64,000 nucleotides of DNA, taken from assembly GCA_019307135.1 (NCBI GenBank), contig JAFDKF010000004.1, positions 2,591 to 66,590 on the forward strand, given 5' to 3'. The notes beneath the pieces are model-generated. The model was not told the origin of the DNA. It saw nothing but the letters and a program-made list of their open reading frames with translations, and did not search any database. The position numbers and the translations under genes were made by a program. The stretch comes from Deltaproteobacteria bacterium (GTDB taxonomy: Bacteria; Desulfobacterota; Desulfobacteria; Desulfobacterales; C00003060). How positions within the stretch are numbered: the first letter of the stretch is position 1; each line of letters opens with the position of its first letter. Below are positions 38,557 to 49,637 of this stretch, piece after piece.

Positions 38557-39909
38557 CTATAGACGGAGCAACATGGTTGCGATCTGGAAGTAGAAGAACA
38601 CGCTCAGGATGTCAATGGAAGTGGTCACAAAGGGCCCGGTGGCAACAGCCGGATCGATATTGATGCGGGCAAAAACCATAGGCACCAATGAACCGACCAT
38701 GGCAGCAATGGTCATGGAGCTTATGACAGCAAGCCCTACGGTCACGCCGAGCAGCATCACGTCGTAACGGAAGTGGACGACAAATCCGAGGAGAACCCCG
38801 TAGAAAAATCCGAGGAGGAACCCAATCATTAGCTCCTTCAGCACAACTCGCCATATTTCATTCAAATTCAGCCGGCCAGTGGCCAGGCCGCGAACCACGA
38901 TCGTGGAAGACTGGGTTCCGATATTTCCGCCCATGCCCATAATAATCGGTATAAAAGCCGCAAGGTATATAAGCTTGTTCAGGCTGCTTTCAAAGTGGCC
39001 GATGATAAAAAAGGCGATCACCCCCCCGATCCAACTGGCCAAAAGCCAGGGGAGTCGGATCCGGGTGCTCTTCAAGATCGACTGGGATTCCACCAGGTCT
39101 TCACCCGCCCCTGCCATTTTCAAGATATCCTCTGTGGCTTCCTCGCGGATGATATCGATGACGTCATCCACGGTGACGATGCCAACCAGCTTGTTGTTCT
39201 CGTTTACCACGGGCACTGCGAGCACATTATAACGGGCAACGATTCTGGCCACTTCTTCTTGGTCGGTGTTGGTCTGCACACTTACAACGTCTGTGGCCAT
39301 AATGGATTTAAGCCTGGTTTCAGGGGGCACGACAACCAGTTGACGCAGCGAGATGACGCCCACAAGATTCGCGTGATCATCGACCACATACAAATAGAAG
39401 GGCATTTCCACATCGACATATTCCTTCTGCAAGGCCTCTATAGCCCCTCTTGCAGTGGTTTCCTCCTTCAGGGCGATAAAGTCCGGTAGCATGATGCCAC
39501 CAGCGGTCTGTTCATCGTAACGGAGCAGCCCTTCCACCTCTTCAGACTCTTCCTTTGTCATGAGATCCAGCAGGGCCTTGGCACGGTCATCAGAGAGTTT
39601 TCCCAGCAGGTCGGCCACATCATCGTTTGGCATCTGCTCCAGGATCTCAGCGATCTTCTCGGCAGGCATGTCTTCGATCAGCTTGACAAGCATCTCTTCT
39701 TCCACTTCACTGAAGAACATAGCCTTTTGCTCAATAGTGTCCATGAGGTCGAAAAGGGTTTCTTGCTCACGGAGTGTCAGAAAACGGAAGACGACAGCCA
39801 GGTCCGCAGCGTGGGTCTTGTTGACAATCTTATGAAGATGGACGGACGCACCCCGCCTGAGGAGTCTTTTGGTGGTGTCTAAAAGGAGTCTTGTTCGATC
39901 AACAGGCAT
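38557..39909 (-). CDS. mgtE: Magnesium transporter MgtE
   Basis: MgtE_N, CBS pair, RLPWL, MGGNIGTQ, DPAVATGPFVTTSID. Confidence 0.96.
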   Translation of the reverse strand: MPVDRTRLLLDTTKRLLRRGASVHLHKIVNKTHAADLAVVFRFLTLREQETLFDLMDTIEQKAMFFSEVEEEMLVKLIEDMPAEKIAEILEQMPNDDVADLLGKLSDDRAKALLDLMTKEESEEVEGLLRYDEQTAGGIMLPDFIALKEETTARGAIEALQKEYVDVEMPFYLYVVDDHANLVGVISLRQLVVVPPETRLKSIMATDVVSVQTNTDQEEVARIVARYNVLAVPVVNENNKLVGIVTVDDVIDIIREEATEDILKMAGAGEDLVESQSILKSTRIRLPWLLASWIGGVIAFFIIGHFESSLNKLIYLAAFIPIIMGMGGNIGTQSSTIVVRGLATGRLNLNEIWRVVLKELMIGFLLGFFYGVLLGFVVHFRYDVMLLGVTVGLAVISSMTIAAMVGSLVPMVFARINIDPAVATGPFVTTSIDILSVFFYFQIATMLLRL

Positions 39910-39917
39910 ATTCTATT

Positions 39918-41213
39918 TTATGGATACAATCTGTCCAGAAGCCTCGGAAAGGGGATGGACTCCCTGACATGCTCAAAGCCGCAGATCCATGCCACGGTTC
40001 GCTCGATGCCCAGGCCAAAACCAGCGTGCGGGGCACTTCCGTAAAGTCGCAGGTCCAAATACCAATCGAAGTTTTCAGCCGGGAGCTCGGCCTTCTCGAT
40101 TTTCTCCTTCAAGATATCCGGATCGTCCTCGCGCTGGCCACCCCCGATGATCTCTCCGTAGCCCTCGGGGGCAAGCATATCCACGCAGAGCGCGACTTCT
40201 GGGCGGTAAGGGTCGTTTTTCATATAAAATGCCTTGGTCTGTGCCGGATACCTGTGAATCAGCACAGGTTTGTCAAAATGATTTGAGACAATGGTCTCAT
40301 GGCTGCCTCCAAGATCCTCCCCCCACGGGAGGGATTCCCCAGCATCCTTCAAGATCTGCACGGCTTCATCATAACTGATGACATAGAAGGGAAGCTGAAT
40401 CTTCTCAAGTCTTGTGATATCCCGCCCTATCAGCTCAAGCTCTTGCTGACGGGTTTCGAGGACCTCTTCCACAATAGCCACAATCAATGCCTCTGCCAGC
40501 TTCATAATGGTCTCAAGATCAGCAAATGCAATTTCAGGTTCTATCATCCAGAACTCGGTAAGATGACGCCGGGTTTTTGACTTTTCAGCCCGAAATGTAG
40601 GACCATAGCAATAAACCTTGCCAAAGGCCATAGCGCCGGCCTCCATGTAAAGCTGCCCGCTCTGAGACAAAAATGCCTTTCTGTCTCCAAAGTAATCTGT
40701 TTCAAAAAGCGTCGTGGTACCCTCGCAGGATGAGGGCGTAAGGATTGGGGCATCGAGCAGCGTGAACCCCTGATCGTCGAAAAACTTGCGCGCTGCATTG
40801 ACCACGGCGTGGCGAACACGCAAGATAGCCTGCTGCCGAGAAGACCGAAGCCACAGGTGACGGTGATCCATCAAGAACCCCACACCGTGCTCTTTTGGCG
40901 CAATAGGATAGGTTTCGGCAATCTGAAGCACTTCAATACCCGATACCAGGATCTCATAGCCTCCCGGAGCTCGCTTGTCCCTGTGAACCGTTCCAGTGAC
41001 AGCTATCGAAGATTCCTGGGTCAGTTCAAGGTACAGGTCTAATGCTTGCTCGCTCGTCTCACCCTTAATCAGGGTGGCCTGTATAGTGCCTGTGCCATCC
41101 CTGAGCACCAGAAAATGTATACGACCACTGGAGCGTTTGTGTGTTAGCCACCCGCATATGGTGACACTCTGGCTGTCGTGCTTTTCTATGGTATTGATCG
41201 TAACTGTTGCCAT
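39918..41213 (-). CDS. asnS: Asparaginyl-tRNA synthetase
   Basis: [54 protein letters not shown]. Confidence 0.95.
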   Translation of the reverse strand: MATVTINTIEKHDSQSVTICGWLTHKRSSGRIHFLVLRDGTGTIQATLIKGETSEQALDLYLELTQESSIAVTGTVHRDKRAPGGYEILVSGIEVLQIAETYPIAPKEHGVGFLMDHRHLWLRSSRQQAILRVRHAVVNAARKFFDDQGFTLLDAPILTPSSCEGTTTLFETDYFGDRKAFLSQSGQLYMEAGAMAFGKVYCYGPTFRAEKSKTRRHLTEFWMIEPEIAFADLETIMKLAEALIVAIVEEVLETRQQELELIGRDITRLEKIQLPFYVISYDEAVQILKDAGESLPWGEDLGGSHETIVSNHFDKPVLIHRYPAQTKAFYMKNDPYRPEVALCVDMLAPEGYGEIIGGGQREDDPDILKEKIEKAELPAENFDWYLDLRLYGSAPHAGFGLGIERTVAWICGFEHVRESIPFPRLLDRLYP

Positions 41214-41395
41214 GATATTCCATTTCGGAATGCGGATTTCGGATTGCGGAATTAAAAGAAGTTGAAACGAGTATCCAGCCTCCAGGAACCAGTAAGCCTG
41301 ATTTCGGAATTAAAAGGAAAAAGGGAAAAATCCGCAATCCGCATTCGACTCATCCAGCAACCAATGACCAATGACAAGTGACGAATGACAAAGGC

Positions 41396-42385
41396 TTACT
41401 GAATAATTTTCACATAGGATCTGTCCCTGAGCGCTTTTAGCCAGACCTTGTATTTTTCTTCTACCAGGTCCCGGTAAAGCCTTTCATGGATTTCTATTCT
41501 GGCCTCCTTCAAGGTTTTTCCTGGTATCTTCTTTATCTCTTGAAGCATAAGAATTTGATACCCCTTTGGTGTTTGTAAAACCGGGCTGATTTGCCCTTCC
41601 GCCATCGAGCGGACCGTTTCCTGAAATTCGGCCGAAAGCTCATTTAGGGTAAATAGACCAAGGTCTCCTCCTGCCACGGCAGTGCCGTCCTGTGAATACT
41701 GCTTGGCGAGTTCATCAAAAGCTGCCCCGGACTTGAAGTCTTTTACAATTGATTCGATCTCTTCAAGTGCTGCCTTTTTTTGATCAGCATCAGCCGAGGG
41801 CGGTACCCTTATCAGGATCGTGCGGAGGTGGTATCTCTGTGTTCCCTGATAGTCTTTCCTGTGCTCTTCATAATAGTCTCTAATGTCTTTTTCAGTGACT
41901 GCAATCTTAGATTTGACCTCGATATTGATAAGCTTGACCTGAAGCATCTGCTCCTTGATCCGCTCGCGATATTCTTCGAGCGTATAGCCTTCGGCCGCAA
42001 GGGATTTCCTGAGTTCTTCTTCTGTTAGGAAGTGTTCACTCTTTATCTGTTCTATGTGCTGATCCACATCCCTTTCATCAACCGAGACATGCAATCTTTC
42101 GGTCTCCTGATAGGTCAGCTTTTCATCGATCATCTTGTTCAAGATGTCCTGACGAAGCTTGAATAACATCTCACGCCCCGCCCCCGGGGGATAGTGTGCC
42201 TCACGGACTTGCCGGACATAAGGTTCAAGGGCTTCATCTAGTTCTGAAAGGGTGATGACATCATCGTTGACTATGGCCACAATGCGATCTGCCAGTTCGG
42301 CGTAACCTGCCACAACCCCTGAGACCAGGCAGCACAGGATAAACAAAAAACCGAAAAGCTTTATTGGAATCGATCGCGTCTTCAT
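41396..42385 (-). CDS. SurA-like parvulin PPIase/chaperone
   Basis: Signal peptide, DRIVAIVNDDVIT, FDELAKQYS, GGDLG. Confidence 0.88.
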   Translation of the reverse strand: MKTRSIPIKLFGFLFILCCLVSGVVAGYAELADRIVAIVNDDVITLSELDEALEPYVRQVREAHYPPGAGREMLFKLRQDILNKMIDEKLTYQETERLHVSVDERDVDQHIEQIKSEHFLTEEELRKSLAAEGYTLEEYRERIKEQMLQVKLINIEVKSKIAVTEKDIRDYYEEHRKDYQGTQRYHLRTILIRVPPSADADQKKAALEEIESIVKDFKSGAAFDELAKQYSQDGTAVAGGDLGLFTLNELSAEFQETVRSMAEGQISPVLQTPKGYQILMLQEIKKIPGKTLKEARIEIHERLYRDLVEEKYKVWLKALRDRSYVKIIQ

Positions 42386-42587
42386 GAACTTATAAAATTG
42401 CCATGCGATTTTATATAACGCGGCTACGCCGCTCAAAAAAGGAAATTTCTATACTGTCAAAATAGAAAGTAAGCGCGGGCGGGGTAAACCCGCCCCTACG
42501 TTACGTAGGGTCGGCTTTATGCCGACCGCTTAATTCCAGGGTATAAGGGTGGCGGCAATTTCAATAAGTTGCAGAAAAAATAAAACG

Positions 42588-43526
42588 TCAAATTATTTCC
42601 TTGTTGATCTCGATGCGATACCGTGATCGGAGCTTGGCCAACCACGATCCATACGCGGCCTCTAACCGTTCCTCTTGAATGCCCTGCCTTATTTTTTCAA
42701 TGCACTCTTCGATGTCCGGCTTACCCGTCTCCCTTTTTTCGATGGCCTGGAAGATATGAAACCCGTAGGGTGTCTTAACCACAGGACTCACAGCCCCCGG
42801 TTCCAGGTCAAAAAGGGGTTTCTCAAGGCACCCCGGAAGTTGGCCCCGGACCACATATCCCATATCCCCACCGTTTTGAGCCTCCGGCGCAACAGAATGA
42901 AGGCGGGCCAGAGTGGCAAAGTCGTCACCATCTTGAAGCCGCTTTAAGATGTTCTTTACCTCATCCTTACTCGGGAGCAAGATGTGACGCGCTCGTATCT
43001 CTTCCCCATGACTCCATTCTTTCCAGTGTTTGTCATAATAATCCTTTATTTCTTGCGGTGTAACTGAAACTTCCTTGAAAAGCTCTTTGCGGATTACCTT
43101 TTCCACCAGGAGCCGCCTCTTGAGCCTTTCTTTCCACGCTTCAAAGGAAATCGCCTGCTTGAGAAACAGATATTCAAAGCCTGCTTCAGAATGGTCCTTT
43201 TGAAAATCGCGCACAGCCTCATCCAACTCCTGGAGCGAGATGTGTAAATGGAGCTCATCGGCCCGTCTTAGAATGATCATCTCCTCAACGAGTTGCAAAA
43301 GGAAACGAAGACGAGCTTGCCGTATGGTAACAGTGTCTTCAGGTTGTCTGTCCTCACAGCTCATTTTGATCGGCTCAAAGTATTCATTGAATTCGGCCAG
43401 GGTGAGTATACTGTCATCCACACGGACCACCACCTGATCTTGAGCCGACGTATCACTTTTGTTTGAGCATCCTGAAATCAGGTATAGAATAACGAGTCCA
43501 ATGGCTATCTTCTCACAACTTCTCAT
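42588..43526 (-). CDS. PpiC/PrsA-type PPIase lipoprotein
   Basis: Lipobox ISGC, RARHIL, FATLA, GGDMG, KTPYGFHI. Confidence 0.9.
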   Translation of the reverse strand: MRSCEKIAIGLVILYLISGCSNKSDTSAQDQVVVRVDDSILTLAEFNEYFEPIKMSCEDRQPEDTVTIRQARLRFLLQLVEEMIILRRADELHLHISLQELDEAVRDFQKDHSEAGFEYLFLKQAISFEAWKERLKRRLLVEKVIRKELFKEVSVTPQEIKDYYDKHWKEWSHGEEIRARHILLPSKDEVKNILKRLQDGDDFATLARLHSVAPEAQNGGDMGYVVRGQLPGCLEKPLFDLEPGAVSPVVKTPYGFHIFQAIEKRETGKPDIEECIEKIRQGIQEERLEAAYGSWLAKLRSRYRIEINKEII

Positions 43527-43547
43527 CTTTCAATTCCTTCCCTCAAG

Positions 43548-43703
43548 GGGCAATGCTGTTGACTTAAGGGATTGGGTCGAAAAAAATCCCCCTAAATCCC
43601 CCTTTACAAAAGGGGGACTCCCAAAAGCTCCCCCCTTTCTTAAAGGGGGGATTTCATAAGGCATAGGCATGACGAATTGATCCTTAATTCAACAGCATTG
43701 CCC
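43548..43703. mobile_element. MITE-like element with 22-bp TIRs and internal CCCCCTTT/AAAGGGGG hairpins
   Basis: GGGCAATGCTGTTGACTTAAGG ... CCTTAATTCAACAGCATTGCCC (1 mismatch); similar hairpins at ~3560-3620. Confidence 0.75.
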
Positions 43704-43779
43704 TCCAGGGGGGCGTTGCGGATGGGCACCAGTCAGCCCTTCTAAGGGGAAAACAGGTTGGCGCAAACCGGCTATCATG

Positions 43780-46700
43780 TCAAACCAGATCTTGCAAGAC
43801 CTTTTTGGTGGCTTCCAGAGGGTCTGCAGACTGACCAGATGGCATTGATACCCTGAGCACGCCATCCGGTGTTAGCCGGAATCGCTGCGGGTCTCTTTGC
43901 ATGAGACAGGTTATTTTCTCTGGGCTCAAGGGGCAATCTTGGGAAAAGGAGAGCACAAGCCCCTGATCGGCTAAGTCCAGGCGCTGGATGCCTATCTTTT
44001 TACATATCACCTTCAGCATGATCTTGTCCATGAGAACTCTTGCCGGTTCAGGAAGAGGGCCAAAGCGGTCCGTGAGTTCTTCATGAAAGCCCACAACTTC
44101 AGATGGTTCGGTCATCCTGGCTAATCGTTTGTATGACACCAGCCGCTGGTCAATATCAGATACATAGGTTTCAGGGATGTAGGCTGACCGGTTGACTTTA
44201 ATCTCAGGTTCCACCTCTGGTTCAACAGGTTCACCTTTTAGCTTGCTCATGGTACGCTCCATGAGATCCAGATACATCTCGTAGCCCACCGCTGCGATGT
44301 GCCCGGACTGTGAGGACCCCAGGATGGTGCCGCCCCCTCGTATCTGAAGGTCACTCATGGCAATCTGAAAACCAGCCCCAAGATCGCTGTGTTCCATAAG
44401 GACCTTGAGGCGCTTTTGGGCATCCTTAGTCAAGGCGCCCTCATGCGGTATGAACAGATAGGCATAGGCCTGCTCATCTGCCCGTCCCACGCGACCCCGA
44501 AGCTGATAGATCTGAGCTAGACCGAATTTATCGGCCCGGTTGATCAAAATGGTATTGGCCGATGGGAAGTCTAGGCCTGACTCGATGATAGTCGTGCACA
44601 CGAGCAGATCAATCTTGCGGTGTAAGAACTCGAGCATCACCTTTTCGAGTTCCTCATCACCCAGGCGTCCGTGGGCAACCCCAACACGCAAACCAGGTGC
44701 CAGCCTTTCAAGGTGACGGGCCACACCCCAGATGGTTCGGATGTTGTTGTGGACAAAGAATATCTGGCCGCCTCGTTGGAGTTCACTGTGAATCGCCTCT
44801 GCCACCACGGTGTCGTCAAACGGGCTGATGTACGTCTTGATCGCATACCGGTACTCCGGTGGGGTGGCAATGATACTCAGATCCCTGATTCCCATCAAAG
44901 ACATGTGCAGGGTCCTCGGTATGGGCGTGGCAGTCAGGGCCAGGACATCCACGAGACGACGGAGTTTCTTCAGCCTTTCCTTGTGGGCCACACCAAAACG
45001 CTGCTCTTCGTCAACAATGACCAGGCCGAGATCTCTAAAGGCAATATCTTTTTGCAAAAGCCGATGCGTCCCGATGACAATGTCCACTTTCCCTTCCTTG
45101 AGTTTCCGTACAATGGCCCGCTGCTGGCTGGGAGAGCGAAACCGACTCAGCGTCTCTATCTCCACCGGATAGGACGCGAACCGATCCTTGAAGGTCTTAT
45201 AATGCTGTTCAGCAAGGATTGTCGTTGGGACAAGAAACGCCACCTGCTTGTTGTCCCAGACCACCTTGAACGCGGCACGCAGCGCAACCTCGGTCTTTCC
45301 ATAACCAACATCGCCACAAACCAACCTGTCCATGGGCACGGAAGATTCCATGTCAGCCATGACATCTTCGATAGCCCGACTCTGATCGGGTGTTTCAGCA
45401 TATTCGAATGCAGCCTCAAACTCGTCAAAGGATCGGTCCGAAGGCGAAAAGGCATGACCTTTCTGTACCCCGCGGGCCGCATAGAGCTTGAGGAGTTCTC
45501 CGGCCATCTTGCGGACCGATTTTTTCACCCGCTCCTTGACCCGCTCCCACGACTTACCACCCATCTTGTCCAAACGAGCGGCCATGCCATCCACGCCCAC
45601 ATACTTTTGCACGCAGTTCATACGGTCCACCGGCACGTAGAGTTTGTCATGGTCCCTGTATTCTATGATCATGAAATCATTAGAAATGTCCGCCACCTCA
45701 AGCTTCGTAAGACCCTTGTATTGACCAATACCGTGTTCTGTGTGAACCACAAGATCGTCGGCCTTTAGATCCTCAAAGGCAATCCAGCGGGTTTTTGTCT
45801 CTTTTCTTGCTACCCTTGAAAGCCGGCGCTTGGAGCCAAAGACCTCGTCTTCTGTAATGATAGCCAAACCTTCCTGCGGCCAGATGAACCCGGAGGAGAG
45901 CTCCCCTAAACAGATGCCTGGGGCCTTCTCAATATTACCGTCTACTGGAAACACGTCGAAGTGCCGAAGCTGGATTTCGTACGGTACGACAAGATTCTCC
46001 ACGCGCTCGGCCTGTTTCACGGTCCGGCACAGGAAATATGGCGTCAGGCCGTTTTCTTGGGCTTGGTTCATCCAGTCAACTAGGGGCCGCAACAGATCCT
46101 CGGGTTGCCCTCGTTTCTTGAGCTGCTGAACGATCAGATCATTTCTTTCAACGGTCAGGTTACAGGTCACAGCACCTGGCTCCGCCACTGGAATCATCCT
46201 GAAGACAAGGTGAGCCCCTTGGCTAAACCTGGCATTGACATCGGACCAGGCCAGATAGAGGGCTTCAGGTTCTACACACAACTTGCCGTCATTTCGGGCC
46301 GACAAATAATTCTTGGTTACGGTTTCTTCAATGTCGAATGCCGTGTTCTCCATGGCCCCGGGATCAATGACGACCAGCAAGGTCTCTTTTGGCATGTAAT
46401 CAAATAAGGTGTCGAGCGAGGGGTGAATCAGAGATATGAGCCCGCCAATCCCCGGGAATTGATCGAGGTTTTTGAGCCTCTCTATGATCTCTTCAACACG
46501 CAGACCAGGCATCATCAGGGCGTCGCCCTGTTTGCGAACCCGCTCAGCCACCTGGTTTATGTCCGAGGGATCCAGGACGGTTTCCGCAGCCGGAAGGAGC
46601 GTTACCTCAGATATGGGCTTTAACGAACGCTGGTCTGCTGCTGAAAACGCCCTGATCGACTCTACCATGTCACCAAAGAACTCGATGCGGATCGGGTCAG

Positions 46701-47256
46701 GATAAAGAGGTGGATAGATATCAATCAGCCCCCCTCGGACGGCGAAATCTCCTGGGTCCTCTACCAGGACGCTCTCTTGATACCCACCTTGAATCAGTTT
46801 GCGGACAAGTCCCTCCCGGTCAATCTCTTCGCCTCCCAGGACATATTCTGCATATCGGGAGAGGACCTCTCTGGGGATCACCCTTTGCAGGAGGGCAGAG
46901 ACCGTGGTGATGACAATGGGAGGCTGGACGTCGGTCAGCATGCGGTAGAACGTTTCAATCCGCTTGCATACGGTTTGGGAGTGATAGGCCACTGGCTGGA
47001 ATGGAAGAATGTCGTAGGGTGGAAAAGTGATAACGGGAACGCCCGTTTTTCCGGAAAAAAAGCGAATGTCAGCAGATAGGAGCTCGGCCTCTTTTGCTCT
47101 TGCACATACAACAAAAAGGGGTCGATTGAGCTCAGCATAGAGTCGGTACAACAGGTAAGCCTGCTCAGCGCCTGATAGCCCGGTGCAATTGACCCGCCCC
47201 TCGGCATGCCGGATCATGTTCACCAAATCAGCAATAGAATGACCCAAAAGTTTCAT
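43780..47256 (-). CDS. mfd: Transcription-repair coupling factor
   Basis: RGGLIDIY, HGIGQY, GDVGYGKTE, DEEQRFG, TATPIPRT, QLRGRVGR; start refined to ATG 47256. Confidence 0.97.
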   Translation of the reverse strand: MKLLGHSIADLVNMIRHAEGRVNCTGLSGAEQAYLLYRLYAELNRPLFVVCARAKEAELLSADIRFFSGKTGVPVITFPPYDILPFQPVAYHSQTVCKRIETFYRMLTDVQPPIVITTVSALLQRVIPREVLSRYAEYVLGGEEIDREGLVRKLIQGGYQESVLVEDPGDFAVRGGLIDIYPPLYPDPIRIEFFGDMVESIRAFSAADQRSLKPISEVTLLPAAETVLDPSDINQVAERVRKQGDALMMPGLRVEEIIERLKNLDQFPGIGGLISLIHPSLDTLFDYMPKETLLVVIDPGAMENTAFDIEETVTKNYLSARNDGKLCVEPEALYLAWSDVNARFSQGAHLVFRMIPVAEPGAVTCNLTVERNDLIVQQLKKRGQPEDLLRPLVDWMNQAQENGLTPYFLCRTVKQAERVENLVVPYEIQLRHFDVFPVDGNIEKAPGICLGELSSGFIWPQEGLAIITEDEVFGSKRRLSRVARKETKTRWIAFEDLKADDLVVHTEHGIGQYKGLTKLEVADISNDFMIIEYRDHDKLYVPVDRMNCVQKYVGVDGMAARLDKMGGKSWERVKERVKKSVRKMAGELLKLYAARGVQKGHAFSPSDRSFDEFEAAFEYAETPDQSRAIEDVMADMESSVPMDRLVCGDVGYGKTEVALRAAFKVVWDNKQVAFLVPTTILAEQHYKTFKDRFASYPVEIETLSRFRSPSQQRAIVRKLKEGKVDIVIGTHRLLQKDIAFRDLGLVIVDEEQRFGVAHKERLKKLRRLVDVLALTATPIPRTLHMSLMGIRDLSIIATPPEYRYAIKTYISPFDDTVVAEAIHSELQRGGQIFFVHNNIRTIWGVARHLERLAPGLRVGVAHGRLGDEELEKVMLEFLHRKIDLLVCTTIIESGLDFPSANTILINRADKFGLAQIYQLRGRVGRADEQAYAYLFIPHEGALTKDAQKRLKVLMEHSDLGAGFQIAMSDLQIRGGGTILGSSQSGHIAAVGYEMYLDLMERTMSKLKGEPVEPEVEPEIKVNRSAYIPETYVSDIDQRLVSYKRLARMTEPSEVVGFHEELTDRFGPLPEPARVLMDKIMLKVICKKIGIQRLDLADQGLVLSFSQDCPLSPEKITCLMQRDPQRFRLTPDGVLRVSMPSGQSADPLEATKKVLQDLV

Positions 47257-47525
47257 ATGAAGCCAATGCCTCTGCGATTGAAGCTCCCTGCAGCTTGCTG
47301 CAGGGAATCTTCGACTGTGAGGACTTGTACCATTTTTATATTCGCTCGCCAACCCCGCAGCAAGTCGCCGACGCGCCATAGCAGCTGACCGTTGGGCTGC
47401 CGATCCATGTTCTTCCATACTACTTTCCGTGTCTTTACGATCCTTCTGTGATTGGTGAGGAATATCTCGGCAAACTATATAGTGCCCATCCACAAATAAC
47501 GTAACGAACTGCCCTTCTTCCCCCA

Positions 47526-47945
47526 TTACAGCTCCGTCAAAAACTGGGCAGGAGTCAGGATCTTTATGGTGCGATATTGTTTCAGACGCAGTAGGTGTTG
47601 GTCGCCAGAAATGATTCTCTTTGCCTTGCCGGCTTCCGCACAGCGTATGAACTTGTCGTCCGAAGGATCTTCTCGTACGATCACAGGGCCAGGCTTTGCC
47701 CTGACAATCTCAAAATGGGGCAATATTTCTTGGTAGAGGATAAAGTCGATCTCCTCCGGGGCTAACCCGAATTTGGGATAGGTCAAGACCCGGAGGTATT
47801 CGTCAACGATTTCCTTGGATGCCAGCGGGTTGATCCGGCCGCTTTTCCATAAGGGGACCAGCTCACCCGGCATACCACCAAACAGAAACGCAGAGATCAC
47901 CACATTCGTATCGATAACGATGCGCTTTACTTTGACCTTGCCCAT
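47526..47945 (-). CDS. PIN-domain toxin (VapC-like)
   Basis: IVIDTNVVISA, EDPSDDKFIRCA, IISGDQHLL. Confidence 0.92.
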   Translation of the reverse strand: MGKVKVKRIVIDTNVVISAFLFGGMPGELVPLWKSGRINPLASKEIVDEYLRVLTYPKFGLAPEEIDFILYQEILPHFEIVRAKPGPVIVREDPSDDKFIRCAEAGKAKRIISGDQHLLRLKQYRTIKILTPAQFLTEL

Positions 47946-48154
47946 TTTACCGCTTCGGCCACACAATCAGGTTTCAGCCCAAGCTTCTTTATCTTGGACC
48001 TAATTTGCCCCAAATCCGTATCATACACGCGCAACGGTTTGAGCACCACCTTCCCATCCTTCAGTTCCACATCGAAATACTTCACGTCGGGGAGTTGCTC
48101 GATAACTTTCTTTGGAATGGTGATCTGATTCTTTATAGTAAGTTTTGCGAGCAT
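47927..48154 (-). CDS. AbrB/MazE-type antitoxin
   Basis: AKLTIKNQITIPK; overlaps the PIN gene. Confidence 0.9.
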   Translation of the reverse strand: MLAKLTIKNQITIPKKVIEQLPDVKYFDVELKDGKVVLKPLRVYDTDLGQIRSKIKKLGLKPDCVAEAVKWARSK

Positions 48155-48415
48155 TTCCTTGTCTCCTTGTTTTCCGATAGTATACTTTTCTTATATTCGA
48201 ACATTCAGAAAAAGTCAATAGAATAGCTGGATATTTCCCCAAAAGACCATTCTATGGTCGAAATTGGCTGTAAGTTCAAAAGATTGTCAGGGAAGGTCCA
48301 TGAGGTGGCCTGGTCCGACCCCATTCCAATGTCGTCCGTTTCAATGTCTGTCAGTGACAATTTGACGATCAATAAAATATATGCGATATCGTGACTACTT
48401 AACGGAGGAGATTTG

Positions 48416-49585
48416 ATGAAAACGAGACACCAGATCATATTCCAAGACTCAAAAAACATGAAATGCGTCGATTCAGAAAGCGTCGATCTCATAGTTACAT
48501 CACCACCCTATCCAATGATTGAAATGTGGGACGAAATGTTCGTCGCTCAAAACCGAGCGATAAGCGAGGCATTAAGTAAGGAAAAAGGGCCGGATGCCTT
48601 CGAATTGATGCACCAGGAACTCGATGCCGTCTGGAATGAGCTTTATCGAATACTAAAAAACGGTGGCATCGCCTGTATCAATATTGGAGATGCTACAAGA
48701 ACTATAGACGGAGATTTCGTACTGTATCAAAACCATGCCAGAATCTTAACCTACCTGCTTAAGATAGGCTTCTCTTCCCTGCCGGTCATCCTGTGGAGAA
48801 AACAGACCAATGCACCTAATAAGTTCATGGGATCAGGAATGTTGCCACCAGGCGCTTACGTCACCCTGGAACACGAGTTCATCCTGATTTTGAGAAAAGG
48901 CTCAATGAGAGGGTTCAAGACCGCCAGGGAGAAGCAAATCAGACGAGAAAGCGCCTTCTTCTGGGAGGAGAGAAATGTCTGGTACTCAGACATCTGGTTG
49001 GATCTAAAGGGAACAGCCCAAAGCTTGAATTATGAACAGATGAGGTTGAGAAGCGCTGCCTATCCCTTTGAACTTCCGTATCGATTGATAAATATGTTCT
49101 CCGTGAAGGGCGATACGGTTCTAGACCCTTTTCTTGGTACGGGGTCTACAACATTGGCTGCAATGGCTGCCTGTAGGAACAGCGTGGGATTTGAAATTGA
49201 ACCCAGCTTCCAAAATCCCGTTGTTTCCCAAATGGATACGATCGTAGCATTTTCAAATGAACAGATCAGGAATAGAATCAATAACCATATTGGTTTTGTC
49301 AAAGACAGGTATAAGGCAAAAGGTGCTTTCAAACACATGAATAAACAGTATGGATTTCCAGTCGTGACCAACCAAGAAAAGGAACTCCTTTTGAATCAAC
49401 TCGTGTCGGCCTCGCAAATCAGTGATGGTGTTTTCGAGGTCTCTTATTCAGAAAAGCCCCAGGAAGAATTCTGTGGGGATTGGCAGGAATTCATAATACC
49501 GGCAGGAGACAAGCAATTTTCCAAGAAGCCCAGGCCGAAAAGCACCCCGGATAAAACAATCCAACTAACCCTATTGGACAACTAG
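48416..49585 (+). CDS. Solitary beta-class amino-MTase (likely m4C)
   Basis: VTSPPY (motif IV) before VLDPFLGTGST (motif I); no adjacent REase. Confidence 0.9.
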   Translation: MKTRHQIIFQDSKNMKCVDSESVDLIVTSPPYPMIEMWDEMFVAQNRAISEALSKEKGPDAFELMHQELDAVWNELYRILKNGGIACINIGDATRTIDGDFVLYQNHARILTYLLKIGFSSLPVILWRKQTNAPNKFMGSGMLPPGAYVTLEHEFILILRKGSMRGFKTAREKQIRRESAFFWEERNVWYSDIWLDLKGTAQSLNYEQMRLRSAAYPFELPYRLINMFSVKGDTVLDPFLGTGSTTLAAMAACRNSVGFEIEPSFQNPVVSQMDTIVAFSNEQIRNRINNHIGFVKDRYKAKGAFKHMNKQYGFPVVTNQEKELLLNQLVSASQISDGVFEVSYSEKPQEEFCGDWQEFIIPAGDKQFSKKPRPKSTPDKTIQLTLLDN

Positions 49586-49637
49586 TAGAATTCTACGGCA
49601 AACCCGACGCTTGCTACATCTTTTTTTTGTATCAATT

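Noticed and set aside
44671-45768. 365-aa ORF on the + strand, and similar long antisense ORFs within fusA, mod and res
   Set aside because: Shadow frames opposite well-supported genes, with no recognisable motifs
47257-47526. 90-aa N-terminal extension as a true Mfd domain
   Set aside because: Crosses a palindromic element and has no Mfd-like features; kept only as a low-interest read-through note
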